40,473 nt of DNA from a virus (Duplodnaviria > Caudoviricetes), in IMG/VR virus record IMGVR_UViG_3300031553_000011, positions 1 to 40,473 of that record. The stretch is one strand, 5' to 3'. Shown here in pieces: positions 9,133 through 18,825 of this stretch; within the stretch, counting starts at the first letter, position 1, and the number at the start of each line of letters is the position of its first letter. The notes under the pieces are model-generated. The model had not been told where the DNA came from, made no database searches, and was given only the letters and a program-made list of their open reading frames with translations. A program made the translations under genes and the position numbers.

Positions 9133-10020
9133 ATGAATCTGAAACGTTTTAAATCGTTGTTAATTAGCTTATTGCTATTACCCGTAATGCCTGTATTTGC
9201 TAACCAAAGTAAAGACCCTGAATTATTAGAGATACCTGGAACTGAGGGAGTAGACGGTGGAAATAATACAGCAGTTCAATCTATGATAGACATAATGGGA
9301 ACTAATATGGAATCAGCTAAAATTTCGCAGGATATTCCCTTACAGAATATAGCAGGAATGTCAGGAAATGAGAAAACCACTCAAGGATTATTAAGTAAGT
9401 TCTTAGGTACTTTGGCTACTGAGTCAGACGCTTATAAAATGGGCTTAGGAGAACTTAAAAAGACTTTGGGCGGAGAATTCTATGACCCTCAAAAATCTGA
9501 CTTCTGGAAAGGATTCAGAGAAAATTCCGCTATGGAAGAGGAAGCAGGAATCGAATCTATTAGACGTAGAGGACAGCTCGGTGGTGGTCTGATGAGCACT
9601 ACTAACGCAGGAATCGAAGCCCGTTATGTAAGGGGTGTAGGTGCTGATAGAAATATGCAGTTAGGTAAAATGTACGAAAAAGAACGTGATAGACGCAGTG
9701 CGGGTATAGGACAGGCTTTAGGATATGCAGGGTTTGAAGAAGTAGGTAAAATGAACAGACTAAACGCAGGTGCTAAAATTGGAAGCATACCCAGAGATAT
9801 ACAAAATCAAAAATTTACAGCCGAATATAATCAATCAATGGGAGAAATGACCGCAAAAAATCAGCAAGAACAATCGAACTGGAATAATCAGTTGGCGAAC
9901 ATAGGTGTCAAACAAAGTGCGGCAAGTGAACTAATGCCTCAGTGGAATGTAGACCAAGGCGGTGGGACGAGCCCACTAGGTGGAATCTTAGGTATAGTTG
10001 GAAGTTTAGTAGGAAAGTAA
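9133..10020 (+). CDS. DNA ejection (pilot) protein
   Basis: G/Q/A-rich helical protein, hydrophobic N-terminus and glycine-rich hydrophobic C-terminus (LGGILGIVGSLVG). Confidence 0.65.
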   Translation: MNLKRFKSLLISLLLLPVMPVFANQSKDPELLEIPGTEGVDGGNNTAVQSMIDIMGTNMESAKISQDIPLQNIAGMSGNEKTTQGLLSKFLGTLATESDAYKMGLGELKKTLGGEFYDPQKSDFWKGFRENSAMEEEAGIESIRRRGQLGGGLMSTTNAGIEARYVRGVGADRNMQLGKMYEKERDRRSAGIGQALGYAGFEEVGKMNRLNAGAKIGSIPRDIQNQKFTAEYNQSMGEMTAKNQQEQSNWNNQLANIGVKQSAASELMPQWNVDQGGGTSPLGGILGIVGSLVGK

Positions 10021-10033
10021 AGGAGAGGATAAA

Positions 10034-11635
10034 ATGCCGTTAGGTGTAGTAAATACTAAAAGTAAGTCAATATGGGACGATATCGTCCCTTTTGTAGATA
10101 AAATAGTAGGAGCATATACAAAGTCTCAAGAAGCGAAATGGGAAAACGAATGGACTCAGGCTTATATCAAAGATATAGAAAAGGCAGGTAGTAAAGATGA
10201 TATCAATGATATATTGTTACAGTCTACAATGCCTAAAGAGAATTTAGATATAGAAGGTGCTAAGACTTTTGCTAATGAAGCTATGAGTATGTTAGCACAG
10301 AAAGAGATTATAATTGGTGGTTTAGAAGCTCCTGGCACTCCATCTTTACCTTCTCGAACTAAGTTGGGACAGACGGATAAGATGAAGGGAACAGTGGGCT
10401 CTGGAACTAAGGTTATGCCTCAAGCTCAAGAGTCTCATATAGTGCCTGATAAGATGGAATTTAACGACCTGTATAAATTTGTATCTGAGCTTCCTACTGG
10501 TAAAATAGATTGGTCTAATACTATGAACGCTTTTAAAGACAGGTTGGGAAAAGGTAGAAAACTTGGTACACAGGCTCAACAATTACTCCAAATGATTGGT
10601 GGAGAAATGAGACCTGAAAATCAGAGACAAAAGGTACAGCAAGATTTTGAATTTACAAAAGATATAAAGAATACTCTATATCCTGAGATGGTTGAGGATA
10701 AGCCATCCTCTGATTATGAAAGATGGAAAGCAGACCCAGAGGGATTTGAGGCATTTAAGGCAGTAGGAAAAGATGAAACCCTAAAGATTAATATTAAAGA
10801 GCTCCTTGAGAATAGTGATGAGTGGGAAATTGGCAGTATTAATGTAAAAGGTGAACCCACATTAAGAAGAAAAGATATTACCAAGAAATCTGATTTTCTT
10901 ACCTATGATGAGGCACAGAAATTTATAGATACACATAAACAGCCTGGCTATCAATATAAAATAGACCCTCAACCAGAAGGATTCAATGTATCTGCTGAGA
11001 AAGTGCCAGTTACCCCACAAGGTGGGGGAGAGACTAACAAATTAATTCCTACTTATGAAACTATCAATAGCATTGCTGAAGATTTAATTAATCCTGGCAA
11101 TAATTATGATACAATAATGCACAATGCACAAGTAAAATATGACCTTACTAATGCTAAATTACCTTCCAAGGTAGACCAAGCTAAAAGGGCTTATGATATG
11201 TTTGAAGGGATAATTACAGACGAAGATAACCCATTTATAGATGATAAGGGCATGGTAACAAATCCAGAGGCGTATGCAGACTACTATCAAGATTATGAAA
11301 AGTACGCCAAAAAATATTTTGAGGAAACAGGGAAGATATTACCTAAAAAATATTTATCTATAGAAGAAGCAGGGAAATATACTACAGCACAATGGGCTAC
11401 AGGTAAATGGAAGGGTGGAGCAAAACCTGTAAGAAATGAAGATGGTATCCCTTGGAGCTGGGAAGGGGATATAGACTCTAACCAAATATTTTATAATGAA
11501 TTTCAGAGGACTAACCAGGAATTGATAAAAGCTGGTAAAGCACCACTTACTATGCAAGATATTGATTGGGCAGGATTATCAACAGAACCAGGAATAGATA
11601 TAGAAAAACTTAAAAAATTAATAATGAATCAATAA
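10034..11635 (+). CDS. ejection/internal virion protein
   Basis: 533 aa between pilot and giant protein. Confidence 0.55.
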   Translation: MPLGVVNTKSKSIWDDIVPFVDKIVGAYTKSQEAKWENEWTQAYIKDIEKAGSKDDINDILLQSTMPKENLDIEGAKTFANEAMSMLAQKEIIIGGLEAPGTPSLPSRTKLGQTDKMKGTVGSGTKVMPQAQESHIVPDKMEFNDLYKFVSELPTGKIDWSNTMNAFKDRLGKGRKLGTQAQQLLQMIGGEMRPENQRQKVQQDFEFTKDIKNTLYPEMVEDKPSSDYERWKADPEGFEAFKAVGKDETLKINIKELLENSDEWEIGSINVKGEPTLRRKDITKKSDFLTYDEAQKFIDTHKQPGYQYKIDPQPEGFNVSAEKVPVTPQGGGETNKLIPTYETINSIAEDLINPGNNYDTIMHNAQVKYDLTNAKLPSKVDQAKRAYDMFEGIITDEDNPFIDDKGMVTNPEAYADYYQDYEKYAKKYFEETGKILPKKYLSIEEAGKYTTAQWATGKWKGGAKPVRNEDGIPWSWEGDIDSNQIFYNEFQRTNQELIKAGKAPLTMQDIDWAGLSTEPGIDIEKLKKLIMNQ

Positions 11636-11644
11636 GGGGACTAT

Positions 11645-14600
11645 ATGGGGATTTTCGATAAGTATTTAATAAAAGAAAAAGACAAAGAAAAAAAGAATAT
11701 AGCATTAGGTTCAAATTTTGGTGGCGGTTGGGGACTCTCCAATTTAATTAAGAACCAACCACAACCAAAAGAAGAAGATGTAGAAGAAGAACCCAAACCT
11801 TATAAACCTATAGATTTTGATTTATTTTTAAATGCACCATCCACAGAAGAGATATCAGAGAAGCAGGATAAAATATTAACATTAGAGAATGATTATGAAA
11901 CATTAAACACCACTGTTAATGAAGATTGGAAAACAATTAAGGAGTTAGATAAGCAATTAAAAGACCTGGAAGCAGACTATGAGATAGCTCCACCCCAAAT
12001 GCAAATCAAAATAGAGACCGATTATAATGGTCTTAGAGATACATATAATGCTTTAATAGATAAAAATAATGCAAATGCCACACAACTAAATAAGATTAAA
12101 GAAGAATATGATTCAATTAGACCAGGCTTTGATAAGGATATTACAATCTATAATAAATGGGCTGAAGCAGAGAATAGAAAACCACCTGAACCTAAAAAAA
12201 TAGAACCACCCGACATAGGTGGAATATTTACTTCAGAAGGGATAGCTCAGCAATTAAAAGGAAAGACTTACCGTACAGGAGAAAAAGAACAACCTACCTG
12301 GGGAGAAGTTATAAAGAAATCCATAAAATCAGGTTTGGGTCAATATCAGGCTTCTTTGGTAAATGTATTAAGATTAGTTGATATGGGAATAACTAAATTA
12401 ACTGACCCTATTCAGAATATAATACCCATTGATGATGAAAAAATGAAAGCATTCAAGGAAAAATATGGAGAAAATCCTACATTAACTACTACAGATATGT
12501 TAACCAAAATAGTAGAAGATTCTGAAAAGATAGCAACAGAAAGTGGGGAGCAAGCAGAAAGTAAACAATGGTTAAAGAAATTAGTTGGTACAGGATTACA
12601 AACCACCCCACAAGTGGTGGGAGCAGTAGTATTGGGAGCTGGTATGCCTCTTTTAGGTGGTCTTACTAAAACTTTACCTAACACCGAAATAATTAATCGT
12701 GTAGTACAAATGATACCTTTTGGACTGGGTGCTATGGGTGGAAGTGCAAGAAATATTGAAAAAGAATATGAAGCATTAGGCAAAGAAGCACCTTATTATG
12801 CAATGGTTATTGGCGGAGCTTTAACTGGTGTTGGAGAAATGGCTACTGAATTACCTGTATTTATGGGAGTAGCCAGAATGTTAAAAGGTGGTGGAAAAGC
12901 ACTTGTTAATAAAGGTGCTAAAACATTAATTGAAAAATATGGGAAATTGGGGATTGAATTTGTTAAAAATGTAGGCAAGGAAGCCTGGCAAGAAGCTCAA
13001 ATGCAACCAATAGAAAGAGCCATTAATAAAGCTATGGGTTTACCTCAGGATATGTTTAAGGATTTAATTAAAGATATGGGGACAGACGCTTACGGTGGTA
13101 TGGCTATGGCTTTAGTATTAGGTGGTTTGGGTGGTGGTATTGCAGGAAGTGCAAAAGTTACCCAAAAAACAAGTCAAGCAATAGATAATTTTATAAATAA
13201 TAAAGATGATATAAAGGGTACTATAAGAAAGATATTAGAATATCAAGGTATCATAATGGAAGAGCCAGAAGTAGAGACTAAAGCCTATGAAGTAGTACCC
13301 GAAAAACCTAATTTGGAAAATTTAAAAAAAGAACTTGCGGGTCGTATGACCGAAAAAAGAATATTTCTTGAAGAGATAGAGAAAGAAATAGGAGAAAAAA
13401 TTGATATTGAGAAAGTAGAAGATATTCAGACTGCTTTAGATTTTGTGAAGAAAAAGGCAGAGCCCAAAGCACCAGGGGGAATATATAAAGGTGAAGCATA
13501 TAGAGCAGAATCAGGATTATTAGCTAAAGGGAAAACGGCTCAGGAAATAGTTGATTTTGAAGCAAAAGAACTTGGAAATGTTGATGTTAAAGGAAAAGCC
13601 GAAGAATTAGCTAAGGAGTTAGGGATAGAATTAAAGAATGTTTCCGAGAGAGATATAGTATGGGTAGCTAATACATTAGAAAAGGCACAAGATTATGGTG
13701 AAGATGCAGAAAAGGTTGAAATTAGTAAAGACAATATAATATTAGCAGAAGATGGTGATGGTGGATTTTTAATCTTACAAAATGTAGATAAGTATAAAAA
13801 AGCACCAGTATTAAAGGAGAAAGTAAAAGTTGAAGAGCCTGAAACTATTAGTGGACTTTCTGCACCAGATGAAAATTTATTAAAGAAAATAGACCAGGGA
13901 TTACCTATTGATTATAAAGAAGAAAAGAAATTGGGGGTCAATTTCTCTACTGTTTCTAAACTATTAAAGAGAAACATAGATAAAATAATTAATGCCAAAG
14001 TAAAATCCATTAAAGCCGATATAACAGGGAAAGCAGAGGCAGGACTATTTGGAGCAAAGGCTACAGCTAAATGGGTAGGAGATTTTACCAGAGCCTTTGG
14101 TAAAAACCCTACTGATGCACAATTAAAAGAAATAGCCAATGAGCAATTAACTAAAGGATATGAAGAAGCAGGCGGTAAGGTTGCACCTGATGTCGAATTT
14201 ACTAAGTTAGAAGAAGCACTAAAGGAAATAGAAGAAGCAAAAAAACCTAAAGATAGAACTATGGATATGTTCGAGGAAGAAGGGAAAATTGAAACAGGTA
14301 AGACCTATAAAGCTACTGTTTATAGAGGCACTGTAGAAGGTAAACCGCCTACTGACCCAGGTATATATGGAAAAGGTACTTACTTTACTACTGACAAAGA
14401 GGTAGCTGAAACTTATGGTGAAGTGAAAGCTTCTTCTGTAGAGCTCAGAAATCCATTTGTTATTAACACTCAAGAAGAGGCTGATAAATTTTGGAATGAA
14501 GTTACCAGACCTGCAAGGAAAAAAGCAATTAAGGAAGGTAAAACTCCGAAACAAGCTGATGAGATAGCCGCTGTAGAAGCCAGAAAATATCTGGAAGATT

Positions 14601-17600
14601 TAGGGTATGATGGTGTAGTAGCTAGAGGCATAGTCATAGAAAAAGATGAAGTAGTTGTATTCAAACCTAAAGCTACGGCAAAAGAACTCGTTGCCGTAGA
14701 AGACAAACCAGAACGTAATAAAGGAGTCAAGAAACTCCAAGAAGAGACTGTAAAATACAGAGAATTATTAATTAAAGATAGAATTGCTCAGTTAAAAGAA
14801 GAGGGATTCAAAGGTACAGAAAAAAGATATGAAATAAAGGACGAAGATGGCTATGGCACAGGTAAATTTGTTAAAACAAGAAGCCTGAATCCTACCTGGT
14901 ATAAGGATTTTTATAGAGTTAATAAAAGGAAACCTAATAATAAAGACCTCAGGGAGATAGCAATACAACAGTTATTAGAAGGTTACGATTTAGAAGAAGA
15001 AGGTATCGCAGTTGAAAAGATACCTGCTAATAAAGACTTCATATATTTTAACGCAAGAAATGATATCTTAGATTCTATTCTTAAAGCTGACATAGTTGAT
15101 GAGCCTGATATAGCTAAAAATGAGGTTGTTCCAGTCCCTAAGGTCGCTGAGAAAGCACCAGAAAGTATCTATCAACAAGAACTGAGAGAGATTCCTCTTG
15201 AAGAGATAGGGATTACAGACCAAAGTGTAGCGAAGAAAGTAAAGGAATATAGAGAACAATTAAAAATATCAGTTGCACCGCCTATTGAGATAATGGAAAT
15301 TAAGGGTGGAAAATATAAATACACAGTTATTGATGGACAACATAGAGTAGAAGCGGCAAGAGAAGCAGGGAAATCTACAATACAAGCGTGGGTTACGGTA
15401 GTTGATAAAGAAGGTTTTCCATTGTTTAAGACAAAACCCAAAGCTCCCACAGTTATTTCTAAGACCTATGAAGAGGGTCAAAAACAGACTCAAGGTAAAG
15501 AACAGAATATAAGAGTTAATCAATTAGAGGCACAGTTGAAGACTGCTAACAGAGAGATAAAGAGGCTAAAAGGGTTACTAAAAACAGTTAAAGGAAATAA
15601 AGAAAAGAGAGCACAATTTAAAAAAGCTCTATCAGAATATATTAAAGCTAATATGCCATATTCTATAAGAAATAAGATGTTAGCTCAGATGAAGAATGTT
15701 AGTGGAGAAAAAGGATTAGAGAAAGCCTTAGAGAAAGTAGACGAATATGTAATAGACCATTATAAACGTGAATACATCAAGAAGATACGTAAGGAGTTGA
15801 AGGGTAAGAGAATAGCTCCTAAGAGGCTTAAAAGTGGTGTATTGAAGGGTAGATATATACCTGTAGTTCAAGATAGACTTGACTTCATTCGAGCCAATAT
15901 GGACACTTCCAGAGCTACTGCACTGGTTAAGATAGCTAATCTCATAGCTGACGCTCAGACAGGTAAAGCAATTAATATAGCGGAAGAGGTAGAACTACTT
16001 CTCACAGTAGGGATTAAAGAACAAAATTTAGAAGAACTACAGAATACTTTAGCTCAGATAAAGAATTTAAAGACAGTAGGAAGGACTATAAGAGGTCTAA
16101 AGGAAGCAGAGAAGAGAAAAAGACAAGCTGAAGATATTACTGAAGCCGCTAAAGTTATTTCTGGTAAAGAAGTTGAAATAGACGAAGAGACTGGTATGCC
16201 TATAGTAGATACCGCTCATCTAACCTTTAGTAAGACTAAGGAAATGGGGAAAATTCGTAAGGCTATAGATAAAATAATAAATTGGCAGTTCGGTTGGGAT
16301 AACTTAATGGATAAGTTGAGTGCCCGTGATAAAGATTCTAAACCTTATAAGAGTGCACTTAGCAAGATAGGCGACAGAGTACATACAGCTCGAATCGGCA
16401 GTATGATTAACTTAGAAGTAGACCTCAATATGATACAAGAGAAATTCTCAGAAGCCTTTGGAGTTACTAAAAAGAGAGATATATTGAAAGCTACCCAGGA
16501 ACTAAGAAAGGAAATAGACCTGGGAGAATTCAAAAATGCTAAAGGTGATAAGGTACATTTAGTATTAACTAAAGAACAAATACTCAAGAAATATATGCAG
16601 TTACTTGACCCTACTTTAGAGAAGACCTTCGATGAAGGTATGCTATATACTCAAGAGATTAAAGACGCTATAAATAATAGTGTAACCGAAAAAGAGAAGA
16701 AATGGGTAGAAGGTGTAAAAGAAGTTTACGAATATATGTGGCAACGAGTAAATCCTATTTTTGAAGAATTATATGGGATTCATTTCCCTCATAATCCTAA
16801 CTATAGTGGAGTTATCAGGAGAGACGTGGATATAGACGTCCCTGAGAGCACCCTGTTTACTCAGGAAGCTTTTAGATACGCCAGTATACTTAATCCTTCA
16901 CTGAAAGCAAGGACTAAGACTAAACAGTCTTTAAAATACGATGAAATGACTGGGTCGTTAATGAATTATGTTATGCAGATGGAGCATTTTGTTAACTGGT
17001 CTAAACCTTTAAATGACCTTAGAACTGTATTCGGAAACAAAAGAATAAAGTCAATAATAGAACAAGGTTATGGAAAAGACATTCTTAATAAGGTAGATAA
17101 TTTCCTTGAAGATATGACGAGAGACGGAGTAGATAAAGCTAAAATAATAGCTTCCATAGACAAGATAAGGTTTAATTTCACAAGGTCAATATTAGCTAAA
17201 CCGCACATAGCCTTGAAACAGATACCTTCAGTATTAGCTTATACTACTGAAATGCCTTATGATGACTTCATCAAAGGTATATCGAACTTTTGGAAGAATC
17301 CTATCAAGAACTATAGATATCTAATTAAGAATTCTCCTTATGCTAAAGAAAGATTCGGAGCAGGATTTGAGAGAGATATACACGGAGCACTACAGTCAAA
17401 CTATAGTAAAGTTCTGGCACATTCTCATAAGTTTAGTGATATCTTTATGGGTATGGTAAGAGCAGGAGATAAATTTGCAGTTATGCAGGGAATGTGGGCT
17501 AAATTCTACTCGGAGACTAACGGACAGACTTTTAATAGTGGAAAAGAGAAAGCATATCAGGCTATGCGTGAAGCAGAGATTACCACTCAGAGAACACAGC

Positions 17601-18301
17601 CTTCATTTACGGTAGAATCACTGGCTACAGGACAGCGTGGTGGCTCATTCTTAAAGTTGTTCACTATGTTTCAGAATCAGCCTAACAAGTATTTCAGAAT
17701 AATCGCAGACAACGCCAGGAACTTTAAATATGGTAGAGGCTCTCGAATAAAGTCAGCTTCTAATATAGTGATGGCTTGGGTTGTCTTACCTATGTTATTC
17801 CAGTTAGTTGGAGACGCAGGAAAATTCAGACTCAAACATCAGATAAGAGCCGCTTTATTAGGAGTATTTAATGATATCTTAGTATTTGGCTCTATGATTA
17901 GAGGTATGTATGGTTGGTTAATAGGTGAGGCTTATGACGTCCAGGCGTCTCCAGTATTTGCTACAATGAGAGAGATTGAATTTGTTTTAGCTAAGATAGC
18001 TAAATGGGCTGACCCTGAAAAGGATATTGACGAAGAAGATATAAGAAAATTTACAGAGCATTTTGCTAAAGCAATAGGGCAATTAGTGGGATTACCCACT
18101 CCTTATGCAGTACAGCTTTCACAGGCAATAGACTCGAAAGATTACAGACAGATTCTATTTAGTGAATATATCCTCAGAGGAGATAAAAAGCCTAAGTCTA
18201 AGAAGAAATACGTAAAAAAGTATGACGACAAATATAGCAAATACTTGAATAAGTATAAGAATAAAGATAAATATAGTAAGTATCTAAAGAAATATAAATA
18301 A
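11645..18301 (+). CDS. giant ejection / polyvalent protein with ART-like and ParB-like domains
   Basis: 2218 aa; hydrophobic Gly-rich segments; YRG..GIYGKGTYFT..LRNPF..GYDGV..EVVVF; VIDGQHR..A. Confidence 0.8.
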   Translation: MGIFDKYLIKEKDKEKKNIALGSNFGGGWGLSNLIKNQPQPKEEDVEEEPKPYKPIDFDLFLNAPSTEEISEKQDKILTLENDYETLNTTVNEDWKTIKELDKQLKDLEADYEIAPPQMQIKIETDYNGLRDTYNALIDKNNANATQLNKIKEEYDSIRPGFDKDITIYNKWAEAENRKPPEPKKIEPPDIGGIFTSEGIAQQLKGKTYRTGEKEQPTWGEVIKKSIKSGLGQYQASLVNVLRLVDMGITKLTDPIQNIIPIDDEKMKAFKEKYGENPTLTTTDMLTKIVEDSEKIATESGEQAESKQWLKKLVGTGLQTTPQVVGAVVLGAGMPLLGGLTKTLPNTEIINRVVQMIPFGLGAMGGSARNIEKEYEALGKEAPYYAMVIGGALTGVGEMATELPVFMGVARMLKGGGKALVNKGAKTLIEKYGKLGIEFVKNVGKEAWQEAQMQPIERAINKAMGLPQDMFKDLIKDMGTDAYGGMAMALVLGGLGGGIAGSAKVTQKTSQAIDNFINNKDDIKGTIRKILEYQGIIMEEPEVETKAYEVVPEKPNLENLKKELAGRMTEKRIFLEEIEKEIGEKIDIEKVEDIQTALDFVKKKAEPKAPGGIYKGEAYRAESGLLAKGKTAQEIVDFEAKELGNVDVKGKAEELAKELGIELKNVSERDIVWVANTLEKAQDYGEDAEKVEISKDNIILAEDGDGGFLILQNVDKYKKAPVLKEKVKVEEPETISGLSAPDENLLKKIDQGLPIDYKEEKKLGVNFSTVSKLLKRNIDKIINAKVKSIKADITGKAEAGLFGAKATAKWVGDFTRAFGKNPTDAQLKEIANEQLTKGYEEAGGKVAPDVEFTKLEEALKEIEEAKKPKDRTMDMFEEEGKIETGKTYKATVYRGTVEGKPPTDPGIYGKGTYFTTDKEVAETYGEVKASSVELRNPFVINTQEEADKFWNEVTRPARKKAIKEGKTPKQADEIAAVEARKYLEDLGYDGVVARGIVIEKDEVVVFKPKATAKELVAVEDKPERNKGVKKLQEETVKYRELLIKDRIAQLKEEGFKGTEKRYEIKDEDGYGTGKFVKTRSLNPTWYKDFYRVNKRKPNNKDLREIAIQQLLEGYDLEEEGIAVEKIPANKDFIYFNARNDILDSILKADIVDEPDIAKNEVVPVPKVAEKAPESIYQQELREIPLEEIGITDQSVAKKVKEYREQLKISVAPPIEIMEIKGGKYKYTVIDGQHRVEAAREAGKSTIQAWVTVVDKEGFPLFKTKPKAPTVISKTYEEGQKQTQGKEQNIRVNQLEAQLKTANREIKRLKGLLKTVKGNKEKRAQFKKALSEYIKANMPYSIRNKMLAQMKNVSGEKGLEKALEKVDEYVIDHYKREYIKKIRKELKGKRIAPKRLKSGVLKGRYIPVVQDRLDFIRANMDTSRATALVKIANLIADAQTGKAINIAEEVELLLTVGIKEQNLEELQNTLAQIKNLKTVGRTIRGLKEAEKRKRQAEDITEAAKVISGKEVEIDEETGMPIVDTAHLTFSKTKEMGKIRKAIDKIINWQFGWDNLMDKLSARDKDSKPYKSALSKIGDRVHTARIGSMINLEVDLNMIQEKFSEAFGVTKKRDILKATQELRKEIDLGEFKNAKGDKVHLVLTKEQILKKYMQLLDPTLEKTFDEGMLYTQEIKDAINNSVTEKEKKWVEGVKEVYEYMWQRVNPIFEELYGIHFPHNPNYSGVIRRDVDIDVPESTLFTQEAFRYASILNPSLKARTKTKQSLKYDEMTGSLMNYVMQMEHFVNWSKPLNDLRTVFGNKRIKSIIEQGYGKDILNKVDNFLEDMTRDGVDKAKIIASIDKIRFNFTRSILAKPHIALKQIPSVLAYTTEMPYDDFIKGISNFWKNPIKNYRYLIKNSPYAKERFGAGFERDIHGALQSNYSKVLAHSHKFSDIFMGMVRAGDKFAVMQGMWAKFYSETNGQTFNSGKEKAYQAMREAEITTQRTQPSFTVESLATGQRGGSFLKLFTMFQNQPNKYFRIIADNARNFKYGRGSRIKSASNIVMAWVVLPMLFQLVGDAGKFRLKHQIRAALLGVFNDILVFGSMIRGMYGWLIGEAYDVQASPVFATMREIEFVLAKIAKWADPEKDIDEEDIRKFTEHFAKAIGQLVGLPTPYAVQLSQAIDSKDYRQILFSEYILRGDKKPKSKKKYVKKYDDKYSKYLNKYKNKDKYSKYLKKYK

Positions 18302-18315
18302 AAAGGAGAGAAATA

Positions 18316-18813
18316 ATGCTAAAGAAACTTTTTAAAGCACTGAAGAGAGGTTGGATAAAACTCTTAACTAGATTCATACCTCAGGAGAGAGTCGGAGTTC
18401 ACGGAACAATTAGATTAATAGGAAAGAATTTCGACAAGAATGGCGTCCTACAATTAGCTTTCGATAAGGAACTTAATAATCTAATTACAGACGCAGGTTT
18501 TGACTTAATTGCTAATTGTCTAGGTCTAAATTCACAACCCAGTAATATTACTCATATGGCAATAGGTAGTGGAGCAGTGGGTGGAACAGGAGATACCACT
18601 CTGACCAGTGAAGATGACAGACAGACAGCTACCTTCGCACATTCGGCAGGGACTAAGACTTTCACATTTACAGCTACTTTTGCAAGTGTTACTGCCGCAA
18701 CAGAGTATGGTTGTTTTAATGACGCAACAACAGGGTCTATGCTTAATACAGCAGGATTTACAGCGATAACAGTAGATAGTTTAGAGATGGTTTGCACAAT
18801 AACGTTAAGTTAA
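18316..18813 (+). CDS. tail fibre attachment/minor tail protein
   Basis: NLITDAG...ITHMAIGSG....GDTTL..E...TEYGCFN motif of fibre N-terminal domains. Confidence 0.6.
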   Translation: MLKKLFKALKRGWIKLLTRFIPQERVGVHGTIRLIGKNFDKNGVLQLAFDKELNNLITDAGFDLIANCLGLNSQPSNITHMAIGSGAVGGTGDTTLTSEDDRQTATFAHSAGTKTFTFTATFASVTAATEYGCFNDATTGSMLNTAGFTAITVDSLEMVCTITLS

Positions 18814-18825
18814 AAGGAGTTTTAT

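Noticed and set aside
15180-15400. ParB as a plasmid-prophage partition system
   Set aside because: Only the catalytic core, embedded in a virion protein; no HTH, ParA or parS array seen.
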